From: Paraspadella gotoi
Taxonomy: Eukaryota; Animalia; Chaetognatha
Assembly (NCBI GenBank): GCA_051294375.1
Contig: CM119267.1
Location: 6,866,550 to 6,930,549, forward strand
Direction: 5' to 3'
DNA: 64,000 nucleotides
Each line of letters begins with the position of its first letter. Within the stretch, counting starts at the first letter, position 1. Of the stretch, positions 1 to 12,746 are shown piece by piece. The position numbers were made by a program, and so were the translations under genes. The notes below the pieces were generated by a model that saw only the letters and a list, made by a program, of their open reading frames with translations, did no database searches and had not been told where the DNA came from.

Positions 1-394
1 TTCGATTCTGGCTTTCGCTCAAGTTTCACTCTTTTTTTTTCCATTTTATGATAATTTTTATGGACGTCGGAAAAAAGATAAAACAAGTTTTTTTCTTTTG
101 TTAAAAAAGGTCATTTTACGGAGAAGAGTTCGCACTAAAAAATCGGTAAAATAGGGAGGTTACTCTCCGGATTTATATAACGAGCGCTAAACCGCAAATC
201 TGGGATAAATGTAAACAAACAAAAACTTTGTAGAATTTTCGGGCTTTTTAGATATAGATCGAGTTCAAATATATGACTTCTAACTTTACGCGAGCAATAT
301 TACGTATCACTTCAGCTTTTAGCGGCATACCACGGGGCGCTCCGCAACCTGGCAAGCTTCACAGGCGTTGCACGCCATAAGAAGCTGTTATGAG

Positions 395-630
395 GTGCAG
401 CTGCGCACCCTTGGGAGCCTCGGTGCGGCGCTGCGCACCCTTGGGAGCCTCGGCGCGGCGCTTCGCACCCTTGGGAGCTCGACAGGACGCTGCGCCCCCT
501 TAGGAGGCCGCGGGGCGGCGCTGCACACCCTTAGGACGCTGTGGTTTGACGCTGCGCACACTTAGGACGCTGCGGTGCGGCGCTGCGCACCCTTAGGACG
601 CTGCGGTTCGGCGCTGCGCACCCTCAGGAG
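395..630 (+). repeat. GC-rich minisatellite, ~31-bp unit (GCGGCGCTGCGCACCCTTAGGACGCTGCGGT-like), about 7 diverged copies
   Basis: GCTGCGCACCCTT(G/A)GGA recurs at ~31-bp spacing. Confidence 0.85.
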
Positions 631-989
631 GCTGCAGCAAGTCGCGAAATAGAGGGACGAAGCGAGACGACAACTTTCTTCCTCATCGNNNNNNNNNNNN
701 NNNNNNNNNNNNNNNNNNNNNNNNNNNNNNNNNNNNNNNNNNNNNNNNNNNNNNNNNNNNNNNNNNNNNNNNNNNNNNNNNNNNNNNNNNNNNNNNNNNN
801 NNNNNNNNNNNNNNNNNNNNNNNNNNNNNNNNNNNNNNNNNNNNNNNNNNNNNNNNNNNNNNNNNNNNNNNNNNNNNNNNNNNNNNNNNNNNNNNNNNNN
901 NNNNNNNNNNNNNNNACTTTTTTATGGCCTACTTTCTCTCTCTTTTTCTCTTCTTTTCTTTCTTTTCTTCCTTCTATCTTTTCTTTTTA

Positions 990-991
990 TT

Positions 992-1075
<84 letters not shown>

Positions 1076-1083
1076 TTTTTCTT

Positions 1084-1143
<60 letters not shown>
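990..1143 (+). repeat. (CTTT)n microsatellite
   Basis: Direct reading; explains the FLSF ORF at 924. Confidence 0.95.
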
Positions 1144-1389
1144 TAGTTCTAGTACCGATTTTTTTTTCTTTCTTTATCCCCCTGACAGAATCGGGGGCAA
1201 GGAAGATTACTTACATAAAGAGAAAATTTAAAAATAAAAAAAGAATTATAAATATTCTTGGATAGTTTTTAAACCCACGCGTATTCAGTAAAGGGTATGG
1301 TTATAAATTTGAAAATATTGTTAAGGTCATAATAACGTTGTTCTTCTTGGTAACATTGGTAAAAGGCTTCCCATTTGATTATGGAAGGT

Positions 1390-2560
1390 CTGCTGGTTCT
1401 AACCTGTGAACGTTTTTATTTTTATATGACAAAGCTGGACGTTCGATTCCCATAGGTAGTATTTTTTAAAAAAAATTCAAACAAAAATAATAATATAATA
1501 TTGCTATTATTAAGAAGTAGCGAGTGCAATCCAGATCTAAAATAGATAAATTGTATACCAGAAATAAAATTATGATAGTATTAGGATATCCCTTTACGCT
1601 TTTTAATAAAATTTCATCAAATTATACAAATTTAAAAACTAAAAACCCAAAATAGTATCACTTTTAATATAGTGTTTGGTATTTGGTTTGGATGGCTGCG
1701 AGTTTTGGTCTTTCAAGCAATATATAGTCAAAAATAGGCGACCAAAAATTACTAAAAACTATTAAAATAGTTTCTCTTCTAACAAACTAAAACTTTACAA
1801 TGGATGAATCAATTGTACATTTTACTAAGCCAATAAAAAACTATATTTTGTTGTATTGGATAAAATAGCCCTTCTTTTGAATTGAAAACATGAAGGAGCA
1901 GCTGGTTCAAACCCTGTGGACACGTTCTCATTTTTTTTCTGCCAAAAGCTTGACGTTCGATTCCGTATAATATATTTTTAAAATTTAAGCAGAAAAAATT
2001 ATATTATAAATAATAAATGATAATATTATTAAGAAGTAGGGGGCCAAATAATTACTTATAAACCTAACATCAACTTGTATACCAGAAATAGAAATTATGG
2101 TAGCATTATGGATATCATAATTTAAACCTTCTAAATAAAATCATCATATCAAATATAAAACATTTAAAAACACATAATAATTCCAAATGAGTATCAACTT
2201 TTAATATAACAGTGTTGTACTACATTTTGATGCTAGAGTTTTGGTCTTTAGAATATATTGTCAAAACTAAGGCGCATAAAATATTCTACACACTATTAAA
2301 ATAGTTTCTTTTCATAAAACTCAAAACTAAATGGAAATCATCATTCAAAATATAAAATTTAAAAAACTAAATCCAAATGATAATACTTTTATATAGTGTT
2401 TGTATTCATTTGATCGCGGACGTTTTGGTCTTCAGATCATTTGTTCAAAAATAGGGCGCCAAAAATATTCTAAAACTATTAAACAATAGTTCTCATTCTC
2501 ATACAAACTCAAACTTTAAATGGATGGATCAAATTGTACTTTTCTAACAAATAAAACTAT
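1390..2560 (+). repeat. Diverged AT-rich tandem duplication (~510-bp unit x2 plus partial third copy)
   Basis: CTGGTTC..ACCTGTG / GACGTTCGATTCC at ~1393 and ~1901; TTTTGGTCTT...ACTATTAAA at ~1703, ~2240, ~2423. Confidence 0.8.
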
Positions 2561-3107
2561 CGGTCACTTCAGTAATCAAAATTTCGACAATAGGAAGGTC
2601 TGCGTTCACATCTGTCGCAGCAACGGTCAACAGAATGTGCATCAAAAGTGCATGTCGCAAGCCGTGTCACAGTGTCACATCAGAAAGCAAGATTTTGGTG
2701 TGACGTCAAGGAATGGAAGGAAGATATTGTGTGACATGTCACTCACGGTCAACTTTCAGCCAATAAGTACGCGCATCATAAGGAAAGAAAATAATATTAC
2801 ATCTCTTTCTTCTTATTCTTTTTTCCTTTTTTCTTTCTTCTATTCTTTCTTTCTTTTTTCTTTTCTTTCTTTCTTTTCTGTCTTTCTTATTCCTTTATTT
2901 CTTTCTTTCTTTTTTTTTTTTTTTTTTTCTTTCTTTTTCTTTTTTCTTATCTTTGTTGTAGTACCATGGATTTTATTTTTCTATTTCTTATATCCCTGAA
3001 CAGAATCGGGGGAAAACAAGCGAGTTTTGTGTAATAGAAACGTATGATTCGGAAAAGAGCTTTCCAAAAAAGAATGAAGAAGCAAAGGGGAAGAGAGAGA
3101 GAGGGAG

Positions 3108-3144
<37 letters not shown>

Positions 3145-3434
3145 AATTCTTGTATAGAATCGGCACTAGAGGAGGGAGGAATGAGAGAGAGAGGGAGTAG
3201 AATGCAAGAAAACAATTAACTTCCGAGCCTCCCGTTTTTTATGCCTCGATTTTTTTTTTATCGGGGGCGGGGGTCTGGGGCTTGGGGCCCGGATGGGGTG
3301 AGATGTGACGAAGTGGGAGGGGAGNNNNNNNNNNNNNNNNNNNNNNNNNGGGGGGGCGGTTGAGTTGACCCGATTTTTCGTCGTCCTTCAGAGATGAGAT
3401 GTCGAGCGTCGAAAATGGGACATTTTGGGCACAA

Positions 3435-3448
3435 GTTTCCATGGAGAC
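3435..3448. promoter_or_regulatory. RFX X-box-like motif GTTTCCATGGAGAC
   Basis: Close match to the palindromic RFX consensus GTYNCC-AT-RGNAAC; target gene not identified. Confidence 0.4.
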
Positions 3449-4102
3449 GGAGAAGCTCAAGGAGAAAGAACGCGAATCTGGAGATACTATAATGTCCCTA
3501 TATAGTCTATATAGGGACATTGAAAAAAGTTTAAATCGAGAAACGCGGCGATCTTTTTTTGAAAATTATGCGAGAATCATCCGCCAGGGGGAGAAGGAAA
3601 AATGGCAAGAAATTTAAATTGCTCTTTTATTTTCGCCGTGGAAGCGATACTTTATTATCTTTTTTCCTTTCTTCGTGTAGCGTGTTTGTATTTTAAAAAG
3701 GAGGAATTCATTGGGGGAGTAAAAAAAAAATTTTTTTTTGAGAACTCCCCTTTTTTTTCAGCGAAGAAAATAAATTCGAAGTAATTTCGTGCGTCGTTAA
3801 GAGGGTAAACAAAAGGCAAAGAAAGAGGGAAAATAAAAAAAAGGGAGAGAAAATGAAGAAAGTAAAGAAAGCGATGAACGAAAAAAAAAAGAAATATAGA
3901 GGGCGAAAGGGGAAAGAAAGAACGCGGTAATGTATATGTATATATGTATATATGTTTGTATAACAGCAAATTAATGATGAGTAGAAGAAGAAAAAAATAT
4001 AAGAGTAATATAAATCGCTTATCTCTTAATCAAAATGTAGAAAAGAGAAATAAACCAAAAAAACCTGATTTCCAAGGAATTAGTATCAAGAAGTGATCAA
4101 AA

Positions 4103-4144
4103 GTCTCGACGGAGGCGTGGGTTCGAATCCCACCGTTGCCACCA
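4103..4144 (+). pseudogene. 3' half of tRNA-Leu (variable arm, T arm, acceptor strand) followed by CCA
   Basis: GTCTCGACGGAGGCGTGGGTTCGAATCCCACCGTTGCCA-CCA matches the metazoan tRNA-Leu 3' half; 5' half absent. Confidence 0.75.
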
Positions 4145-4582
4145 AGAAGACAGAGATTTCAGGATGAAACCAAAGTGGAATTTATTGATAGAAAAACCTA
4201 CGTGAAGACGGTCTCAATTTTGGACAGAATAATCAGATACAAAATCTACTGCTATTTATACAATGCAAGTGGATCAGAGACGTGGGTAGAATTTCCTGGC
4301 GAATGGAAGCCCATCCGCCTGTTGACCGGTTCCATCTGGGTCTCGACCACTCAGAGAGCCTGATTCCATTTTTGATGATTTCTTCCCGAGTCTTTGATCC
4401 GGTTCCATTCGATTCCACCTTTTGAGTTTCTGCATCTCCGGTAATGTGATTACGCAAGTATGAAAAATATTGATAATAAACGTCTCATCAGGAGTACATT
4501 ATCTAAGATACTAAGATGCTATGATAAACAAAAAGATTGAAAATGTCGACGACAAAGATAAAACGAATCGTAGTTCTTTCAT

Positions 4583-4695
4583 ATATCTTGTAAGAGTGAT
4601 GGAGGACTGAAACCAACCAAGCCTGTCCAAAGTCATGGGCAAGATAGCTTAGTTATTAAATGAATGGATAATTTTTATATTGGTGGTACCAATTT
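4583..4695 (+). repeat. Interspersed repeat family R1 (unclassified), copy 1
   Basis: CAAAGTC..GGGCAAGATAGCTTA.TTATTAAATGAATGGATAATTTTTATATTGGT.GTACCAATT shared with copies near 11.8k, 16.0k and 61.1k. Confidence 0.75.
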
Positions 4696-7600
4696 AATAT
4701 GAGCTTTTCCCAATTTAGAATTATAATACGTTACATTGGCTGTTTAAGACTACGACTGCGAGACGTTTCATCTACAAATCACGACTCGGACTTTACTTAA
4801 CGATTCCATTCGCTCGTCAGTGAATTTCGTCAGAATATGAATCACTAAAGTTTGGAATGTCGAAGATTTCTTTTTGACCGAATAAGTGAAAATAACACAG
4901 ACGCTCCTCTCGTTTTAACTCCTGCGGTCACTCTCGCCTCTCATTTCCCTTCTTTCATCGACCTTGGCCTCGATTCGCCGTCTCGATTCGGCCGAGATCT
5001 TTCGCTCAGAAATCGAGACTTGTCAACCGAGCCGGCGTCGGGCGTCGTCTTCTTTGGCGCCGCCTGTCTGGCGGCGTCGGACGTCAATCTTGGCTCCTCG
5101 TCACTATGTCGTCACGCCTACTCGTGTTTTTTTTTTTTTTTTTTGCATCACAATTTTTCTCTCTCGCTCTCTCTCTCTCGCTCTCGCTCTCGCTATCGCT
5201 TTATCTCTCTCTCTCTCTCTCCCACTCCACTCTGTCATCCCTCCAAAAATTTTAAATCATCTCAAACGCTTCCTTCGCGACAAGATTTTTCGTCTCCATT
5301 TAAATCCGATCGGATTTATTTTTTTATTTTTTTGACTCGCGTCAGATTTGAGAAAAAGAATTTTGACGGGGATCTATGTGCGTTTTTTTTTTTTCGGTGA
5401 GAGGAGTTGCTATTTCTGTGGGAATGATTTAAACATACTTAGAATTTATATTAGATAGTTTTTCATTATGAGAAAACTGTGCGATTTTTTCCAAATATTT
5501 CGTCATATATTTTTATGACATCATCAGTGGTAAAAGGACAGTGACAGATAGAATTTATTTTTTTTTCTTGTCATCTGCTGTGTACGTTAATGTTTGTACG
5601 CATCGTTCTCATAACTTAAGCACGTAATGTAAATATTAAATAAAGACGCCTCTTCCGTAAATAAACTAGACGCGGACTAATTCCTCGAGTTATATATATC
5701 GTTTTATAATTAATTCAGGTAACATAAAAAAAATTAATAGTCAATTAATATTCTATTCGTACAAACTGATAAAAGATGTACAAATGTTGCTTTTTATACA
5801 AAATTCAAGTTCATTGGTTTGGATTCTCATTAAAAAGTTTGATTAAACATTCGATTAAACTGCTTATAAATTTTTAATTCTGTTCTGCTTTTTCTGCTTT
5901 TTCTGCTTTTTCTGCTTTCCTTCGAAAACTCAATCTAATTTGTGGAATCTCAGTCGATTCTTCCCAAATCTCTCTCTCTCTCTCTCTCTCTCTTCTTCTC
6001 TTCTCTCTCTCTCTCCCTCTCTTCTCTTCTCTCCTCTCTCTCTCTCTCAATTTACACCCTCGGCGTTTATTTTCCCTGACGTTATCGCTTAACGGTTGGT
6101 TTCGTTTTTCGAGTGCGTCCGTGTCGTCGTCGTCGTTCGTCGTCGTCGTCGTCGTCGTCGGCCTCGTTACCATCGTCGTCTTCATTTTGTCTCTGCCATT
6201 TTTTTTTTGGACGTTAGCCTTTTTTTTTTCTCGTCGCCATCGCGATCATCATTGTTCTTTGGTGAAGTCAATTATGTTCCGGATCGAGACTTAGATGTCG
6301 CTGATGAAGGCTTTTTGTTCAAGACAATAGAGAGTTTTTTGTTTTTTTTATTTAGCTGAAATTTCATTTTTTTTAAATAATCGCCCATTTAAAAAAAAAG
6401 CCGGTTGACTCAATTAATTAAATCAAAGAAATTACTGTGATCAAAACTAATTTTATCACGAAATTCAAAATGTTATTTTGCAGCAATTTCTATTATTAGC
6501 TCAAAAATCAACAATATATTTCACAACTTTTAGTTAGATTTCTAAAAAGACTTTGAGCTCAAAGTTCGATTCCACATTTCGCCTCGCCAATTGCGCCCTC
6601 CACAATCCAACATAGCAACGCCAGGCAACGCTAGGTGGCACAATTGACGGTTGAAAATGGGGGCGTGCCCACTAATTCCACGTATTCGCCGGCGCCGCTT
6701 TTGACCAAAGTCCGCGACGCCGAGAAATCGACGCCGGTGGAACAAAGGGGGAGGGATGAATCTAGGAATTGCGGCAGAAAGGGGACAAAGTCGATGAAAT
6801 GGGGTGGGGGGGAGAGAGAATAAAGATGAGCGAAGTCGGAAATTGGGCAGAAAGCGACGAGAAGAAAGAGAGAAAACAAATGGAAAAGGACATTTGGGTA
6901 AGTAAGAATTAGGGGAAAGCCAAATGACGAAAAAAGCAAATGGAAATAAATGAAATAACTGAAATAGATGAGGCTAATGTTTTTTCTACAGTAAGGGTTT
7001 TATCGGTTGGAACGAATTCGGGCGTCGGTTTGTGGTCGTTGGTTAGCGGAAAAAGAAGGGAGGACCCTTCCTGATTGTAGGTGACGGGATTTAGTTTAGA
7101 GTTTTTAAAAGTGTTCGAGTTAGATGCAATCTTTGTGGAATGGGGCTCGATAGATCGAATCGAGCGAGACACATACGACGACAGCAATGAGAGTGAGGCA
7201 GTCAAGTGCCCATCAAAGTTTTAGTGGCAATGTTGTTGGATGTATTAGTCTGAATGATTGTTGCCGTTATTTATTGAGTAAGTAAAGATTCGCTGTTGTT
7301 GCGATTTAGTCGACGTTTTCTAAAATTTATTTCTTTCACAGTTTGTAGCAAGCATCACGCACATTCGCGAGGTGTAACATTTCGAAATTATCGTTTAGTT
7401 CGCAGTGTTTAGCAAGCATAACACAGATTCACCAGGAGTAACGTTTATCGAAGAAGATCCTGATTAATTGACAAAGCCAGTCTCTCATATCACATTGGTT
7501 TCGGTGAACTTTACCGCCGTAACAGGCTAATTGCTGATGTTGATGTAGCTTGATGCGGCCAACGTAGATTTCACTGCCCAAGACAATTTTAACTTAGGGA

Positions 7601-7745
7601 TGGAAGAATATCCTTTCTCTCTGTCTCTCTCTCTCTCTTTCTCTCTTTATCTTTCTCCCTCTCTCTCGCTTTAATTAGTCGAGCGAAAAATTTGCTGGAA
7701 TCATTCATATGTTAAAACTGGTTCTGCGCAGAGATAGATAGAGAG

Positions 7746-7852
<107 letters not shown>

Positions 7853-8643
7853 GAAGAGAAAGAGAAAAGGAGGCGGTGCAGACCGACGCGTACAGATGTG
7901 AGGCGTTTGACGGACGTGAATTGACGAAAGCTTGATTGGGGAGCTTGGTGGAGAGACCAGGTCCTGCTTGACATTGGTGAGAGGGTACAAATGGTAAAGG
8001 TAAGTTGACAGAGATTAGGACGGCAATTAAGAAAGGATCAACGATGAGAAAGTCGAAATCTCGTTGAATGGGGACTACGATGGAGTTAACAGTACCTGGA
8101 CTAATATAAATTCAAACAAAATAGTTGCTTTTAACGAAGAAAGATGAAAATAAATAGAGGGAAAAAAGAAATTAGTCAATACGAGGGAAGGCTGGGAAAG
8201 GTATAAAAAAGAAAGGAAGGCACTGAAGCGAAAAGGAGGAAAGGACGGAGAAGGAAAGGAATAAAAAGGAGATAAAAGGAGAAAAGGAAGGAGAATAAGA
8301 ATAAGAATAAGAATAAGAATAAGAATAAGAATAAGAATAAGAATAAAAATAAAAATAACGTATTGAAATAGTCTGATGGAACAACAGGAAATATGGATGA
8401 AATACGTAAGTCTCAAGAAATCAAAGGACGCGAAAAGCGGGGAAAAAAAGAAGGAAAAAAACTGAAAAAAAAAGTATCGAAAAGGAAAGAAGAAGAAAAA
8501 CACATATCGAAATGGGAAAGACCATTCGCAAAATTCCGTCCTTTGCACCATTATGCTCTCTCATTAATGCACGTATAAAGTTTCGAGGGGGAATTTTTCA
8601 CGGTCGCTTGAGCTTTTGAATTCAACTCTCTCAAGTCAGAATA

Positions 8644-8686
<43 letters not shown>

Positions 8687-9618
8687 CTCTCTCTTCTCTC
8701 TCCTCTCTGCTCTCTCTCTCTCTTCTTCTCTCTCTCTCTGCTCTTGTTTGTCCCTGTTGTCGTCATAGGGAACCGGCGTTTGGGTTTTTGACTACGAAAT
8801 CGGCTTTGCGATTATTTTGAATCAATCGGCTGAGCTACATCAACTATAAAGCTTTTAAAAACAGTATTTTAGCAATTGACATACATTGATTCTGTCCCAA
8901 ATTTTCCATAGCAACAAAGCTTATCAATTATAACAAATGCATTTTGACTTTTCCTCATTTTTGACTCTGCCCCAGCTCGGGATTTCTGGTCTTTCAACGG
9001 CTTCTTGGCTTTTCTCCATCTCTTTTCCAACTTGGCATATGTGGTTTAGCAACGTCTTTCTGACCTGTCCCATCTTTCGTCATAGGCTCATAGCAATGGC
9101 TTTCTGGACAAGCGGCTTTTTGGCTTTTCCTTATCCCCTTTCACAACAGCTTTCCAGCTCTTTTCCCCCTGCAGCAAAGCCAGAGGCTTTCCTTTAGATT
9201 CTCGTATATTTTTGCTCCTTCGTCTCGCGTATTTAAATGAGAAACATGACGAAGGACACAATTTGGCGCGCTGACAACCACGATGACATTCTGTCAACGC
9301 GGCAAAGACGGNNNNNNNNNNAGAGAGAGAGCTTTTCGCGTCGAATCTGAAAAATGTGAGGCGCGGTTGCTTGGGTTCCCTTCAGCTTGGATCCCCTCCG
9401 GGGTGAGGAAGTGTGAAAAGGGAGCGAGTCAAATCGGCGGATGAGGAGTTTGAGGTTTCGACCGAGGAAATTGAGGTTGAGAATGGAATGCATGACTTCA
9501 CCGAGAACCGAATTCGCCGCGAGCGACGTCAATGGTGGCACACTTTCTGTTGTGATTTGGGGGAAAAGGGAGATTCAACTATTCGGAAGGAGGGGAGAAT
9601 GCTTGATAGTTGAGACTG

Positions 9619-9654
<36 letters not shown>

Positions 9655-10202
9655 TCTCGTTTTTTATTTTGAAGAAGAAATCACATCCTTTCTTCCGATT
9701 CAACGCCAACATGGGCGTGGCGATGCTAACAAAGACGAAATAAATGAAGACGAGGAACAAAAGAAACAAAAAGAAGAGGATTAAACAAAGAAAGTAAAAC
9801 CGATGATTTGCGAGAGAAGAAAATTTAAAGATAAGAGCAATGACACTGACGACTCTCATAGATTGATGTTTAATTTATAAATAACTAGTATTACTATATT
9901 TGACTGAACTTAATAAAATAATACAAAATTGAAGAAATTTTAAATTTAATTTAAAAGTCTGAACGGGAAAGGATGGAGGGAAAAAAAATTATGGTTATGT
10001 ACGATTCGTTATTTTTATTTGATACACAGTATGATTGTATGTTCTTGAGATACACACTGAAAAAGAAAATTTGTTTGAAGATTTATAAAGCAGTAAAAAA
10101 AAAACGATCTTAACGATGGAGAAAAAAAAAAGAACAACGACGACGAAGACGACGACGACGATGTCATAATCAACCACGCGCCATCCCCGGGCTTCGTTTG
10201 CA

Positions 10203-10235
<33 letters not shown>

Positions 10236-11729
10236 NNNNNNNNNNNNNNNNNNNNNNNNNNNNNNNNNNNNNNNNNNNNNNNNNNNNNNNNNNNNNNNNN
10301 NNNNNNNNNNNNNNNNNNNNNNNNNNNNNNNNNNNNNNNNNNNNNNNNNNNNNNNNNNNNNNNNNNNNNNNNNNNNNNNNNNNNNNNNNNNNNNNNNNNN
10401 NNNNNNNNNNNNNNNNNNNNNNNNNNNNNNNNNNNNNNNNNNNNNNNNNNNNNNNNNNNNNNNNNNNNNNNNNNNNNNNNNNNNNNNNNNNNNNNNNNNN
10501 NNNNNNNNNNNNNNNNNNNNNNNNNNNNNNNNNNNNNNNNNNNNNNNNNNNNNNNNNNNNNNNNNNNNNNNNNNNNNNNNNNNNNNNNNNNNNNNNNNNN
10601 NNNNNNNNNNNNNNNNNNNNNNNNNNNNNNNNNNNNNNNNNNNNNNNNNNNNNNNNNNNNNNNNNNNNNNNNNNNNNNNNNNNNNNNNNNNNNNNNNNNN
10701 NNNNNNNNNNNNNNNNNNNNNNGTGGAACCGGTGCGGATTAAGAAATCGTCTTTCACTGGTCCCTTTCGTCGTTTCTTCCCTCAGACCGAGGTTTGTGTG
10801 TGAAGTGGGGGGCGGGGGGCGGATTGGGGGAGTAAGAGAGAGGAAGGGAAAGGGAATAGCAGGGGAAGAGCAGGGAAAGGAGAAGAGGAAAAGAAAGGAA
10901 AATTTTGAGAGAAGTTTTGAAAAGACGGATTTGAAGATATGAAACGGTCGGGGGGGGTATGGATGAGGAAAAGAGTTAAGAAGAGGGGAGAGAAATGTAA
11001 ATAGATATGAACGATAAAAGAGCAACCAGATAACAAACTATCAATAGTATAAGTCATGCAAATAGACAAATTCTGTAATGCTTCTACTCAATATCGGCCA
11101 TTCATGCCGTTTTTGTGATCAAAGACTCTCTCTCTTTTCTTCTTCTCTCTCTCCCCCTTTCCCTCTCTCTCATTCTCTCATGATTTCTTATAATCTCTCC
11201 TCTTTTTACTCCCGATAAATGTTGTCTTTTTCTTCTCTTTTTATCCCCACTTCTTCATTCCTTCCATCTCTCTTCTCTATTGCTCTTTTAATACTTCTGT
11301 GTGAAAAGAATTGCCAGCTTTCACTCTCTTTATTCCTGATCCTTATCCCATCTTTCACCCCAACTCACTCTCTCCCTCTCCCTCTCGCTCTCAATCAGTG
11401 TCCCCCTTTTGTAATTCGCTGTCCCCCTTTCTTTTTTAATTTAGATCAGTCTTCTCCTTTCATTTTTTTCCCTTCTTTGTTTTTCTCTTCTGTTCCTTTT
11501 TTTTCTGTTTGCTTTTTCATCCGTTGTTCATTTGTTCTCCTTCCTCACTGCAATTTCTTTCGTTGCCGCTAGAAAATGAAAACGCGGAGAGAGACAATCG
11601 GATCGATCATGAGTAAAAAAAAAAAAAAATGGCGAGAAAATTGTGTTGGGGAAAACATGTACATTGTACAGCGTACTCGTCTCTTCACAATGAACACATT
11701 CTTAATGACATTTAAATACGAGATGAATA

Positions 11730-11905
11730 TGGAATTGGTACAACCAATATAAAAATTATCCATTCATTTAATAAATAAGATATCTTGCCCCAGACTCTGG
11801 ACAGTCTTTGGTGGTTTATCTTAAAAGATAATGACATATCAGGTCCCTGCAAGCTTTCAATCAAGACTCTCTCACAGTCCCGTTTATTCACTCCCAGAGT
11901 ACCTG
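11730..11905 (-). repeat. Interspersed repeat family R1, copy 2 (a further partial copy at ~12035-12094)
   Basis: Reverse complement matches 4583-4695 and 15897-16091. Confidence 0.75.
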
Positions 11906-12094
11906 GCTTCCCTATCAATGAAGTGGAAAATATTTCAAAGAATGTTTCAATTGTATGAAAAGACCACTCCCTTAAGTATTAGATCGGGGAATACTTATTG
12001 TACTCCGCACTAGCATCAAAATACAAGGAATTGAATTTAATAAAATTGTTACAACAAATATAAAAATTATCCATTCATTTAATAAATAAGCTAT

Positions 12095-12340
12095 TGTGGC
12101 AGCAAGACTTAAAGCTGCCTCACTGCTGTCCGTCCTCAATGGCTGAGCAGGCTAAATCATCTCATTCCATCCGTGCGTCCCGGGTTCAATCCCCGGGTAT
12201 CCCGGTTCTGGCTTAAATATGACGGTGCCGGTATAAACATGCCAGTGACAGGAGGCGGTCACTGAGGGTCCGCAGCCCCTGCGCCAGTTGGTGAGATACC
12301 CCGCGCCCCGGGTATCACAGGCTATCCTCCCGTTGCCATA
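12095..12340 (+). mobile_element. tRNA-headed, twister-containing solo-LTR-like element (family T1), 246 bp
   Basis: Ends TGTGGCAGC...GTTGCCATA; 4-bp direct repeat CTAT at 12091-12094 and 12341-12344; A box TGGCTGAGCAGG 12140-12151; B box GGTTCAATCCC 12183-12193; near-identical inverted copy at 33535-33791. Confidence 0.9.
12208..12287 (+). ncRNA. Twister ribozyme, type P5 permutation
   Basis: CTGGC(P5) TTAA ATAT(P2') GA CGG(T1) TGCCGGTA(P1) TAA ACAT(P2) GC CAGTGAC-loop-GTCACTG(P3) A GGG TCCGCAGC CCC(P4/L4) TGC GCCAG(P5); one P2 mismatch; predicted cleavage U12234|A12235. Confidence 0.8.
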
Positions 12341-12706
12341 CTATATATTTATTACTGAGTCATTTAGGACGCAGAGACAGATCACGCTTAATTTCATGTG
12401 CACGAAAAAAAAATTATCGGTCATTAAATTTACTTTGTCTGACCATTTGTACTAATTTGTACTAATAAGCCATCCCTTCCTGACAATTATGCTAAATGAC
12501 TTTGTTAAATTATTTCATAAACATTAACAGCACAAATCATGGACTCAAAAGTGGCGCGACGCAAGTCATTGATGATCAAAGCTCATGATCGACATAATGA
12601 TAATTACTCTCTCTTTCTTTCTTTCTTTCTTTCTTTCTTTTCTTTTCTCCCTTTTTTTCATTTTAAAATTTTTTTTCCCATTATCGTTTCTGTTTTTCCA
12701 TCACAC

Positions 12707-12746
<40 letters not shown>

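Noticed and set aside
4755-4822. Minus-strand CTGACGA...GAAACGTC hammerhead-like boxes
   Set aside because: Stems I and II do not form convincingly
6990-7070. PLTNDHKP resembling a PP2C phosphatase motif
   Set aside because: No other PP2C motifs found nearby
12241-12330. Hammerhead or HDV-like fold for the element core (CTGAGGG; GCAGCCCCTG resembling CPEB3)
   Set aside because: No GAAA box and no nested P1/P1.1 topology; twister explains the conserved bases and covariation
12095-12340. Ordinary tRNA-SINE or real tRNA gene
   Set aside because: No cloverleaf, no A-rich or simple-repeat tail; fixed 4-bp TSD and defined ends in four copies
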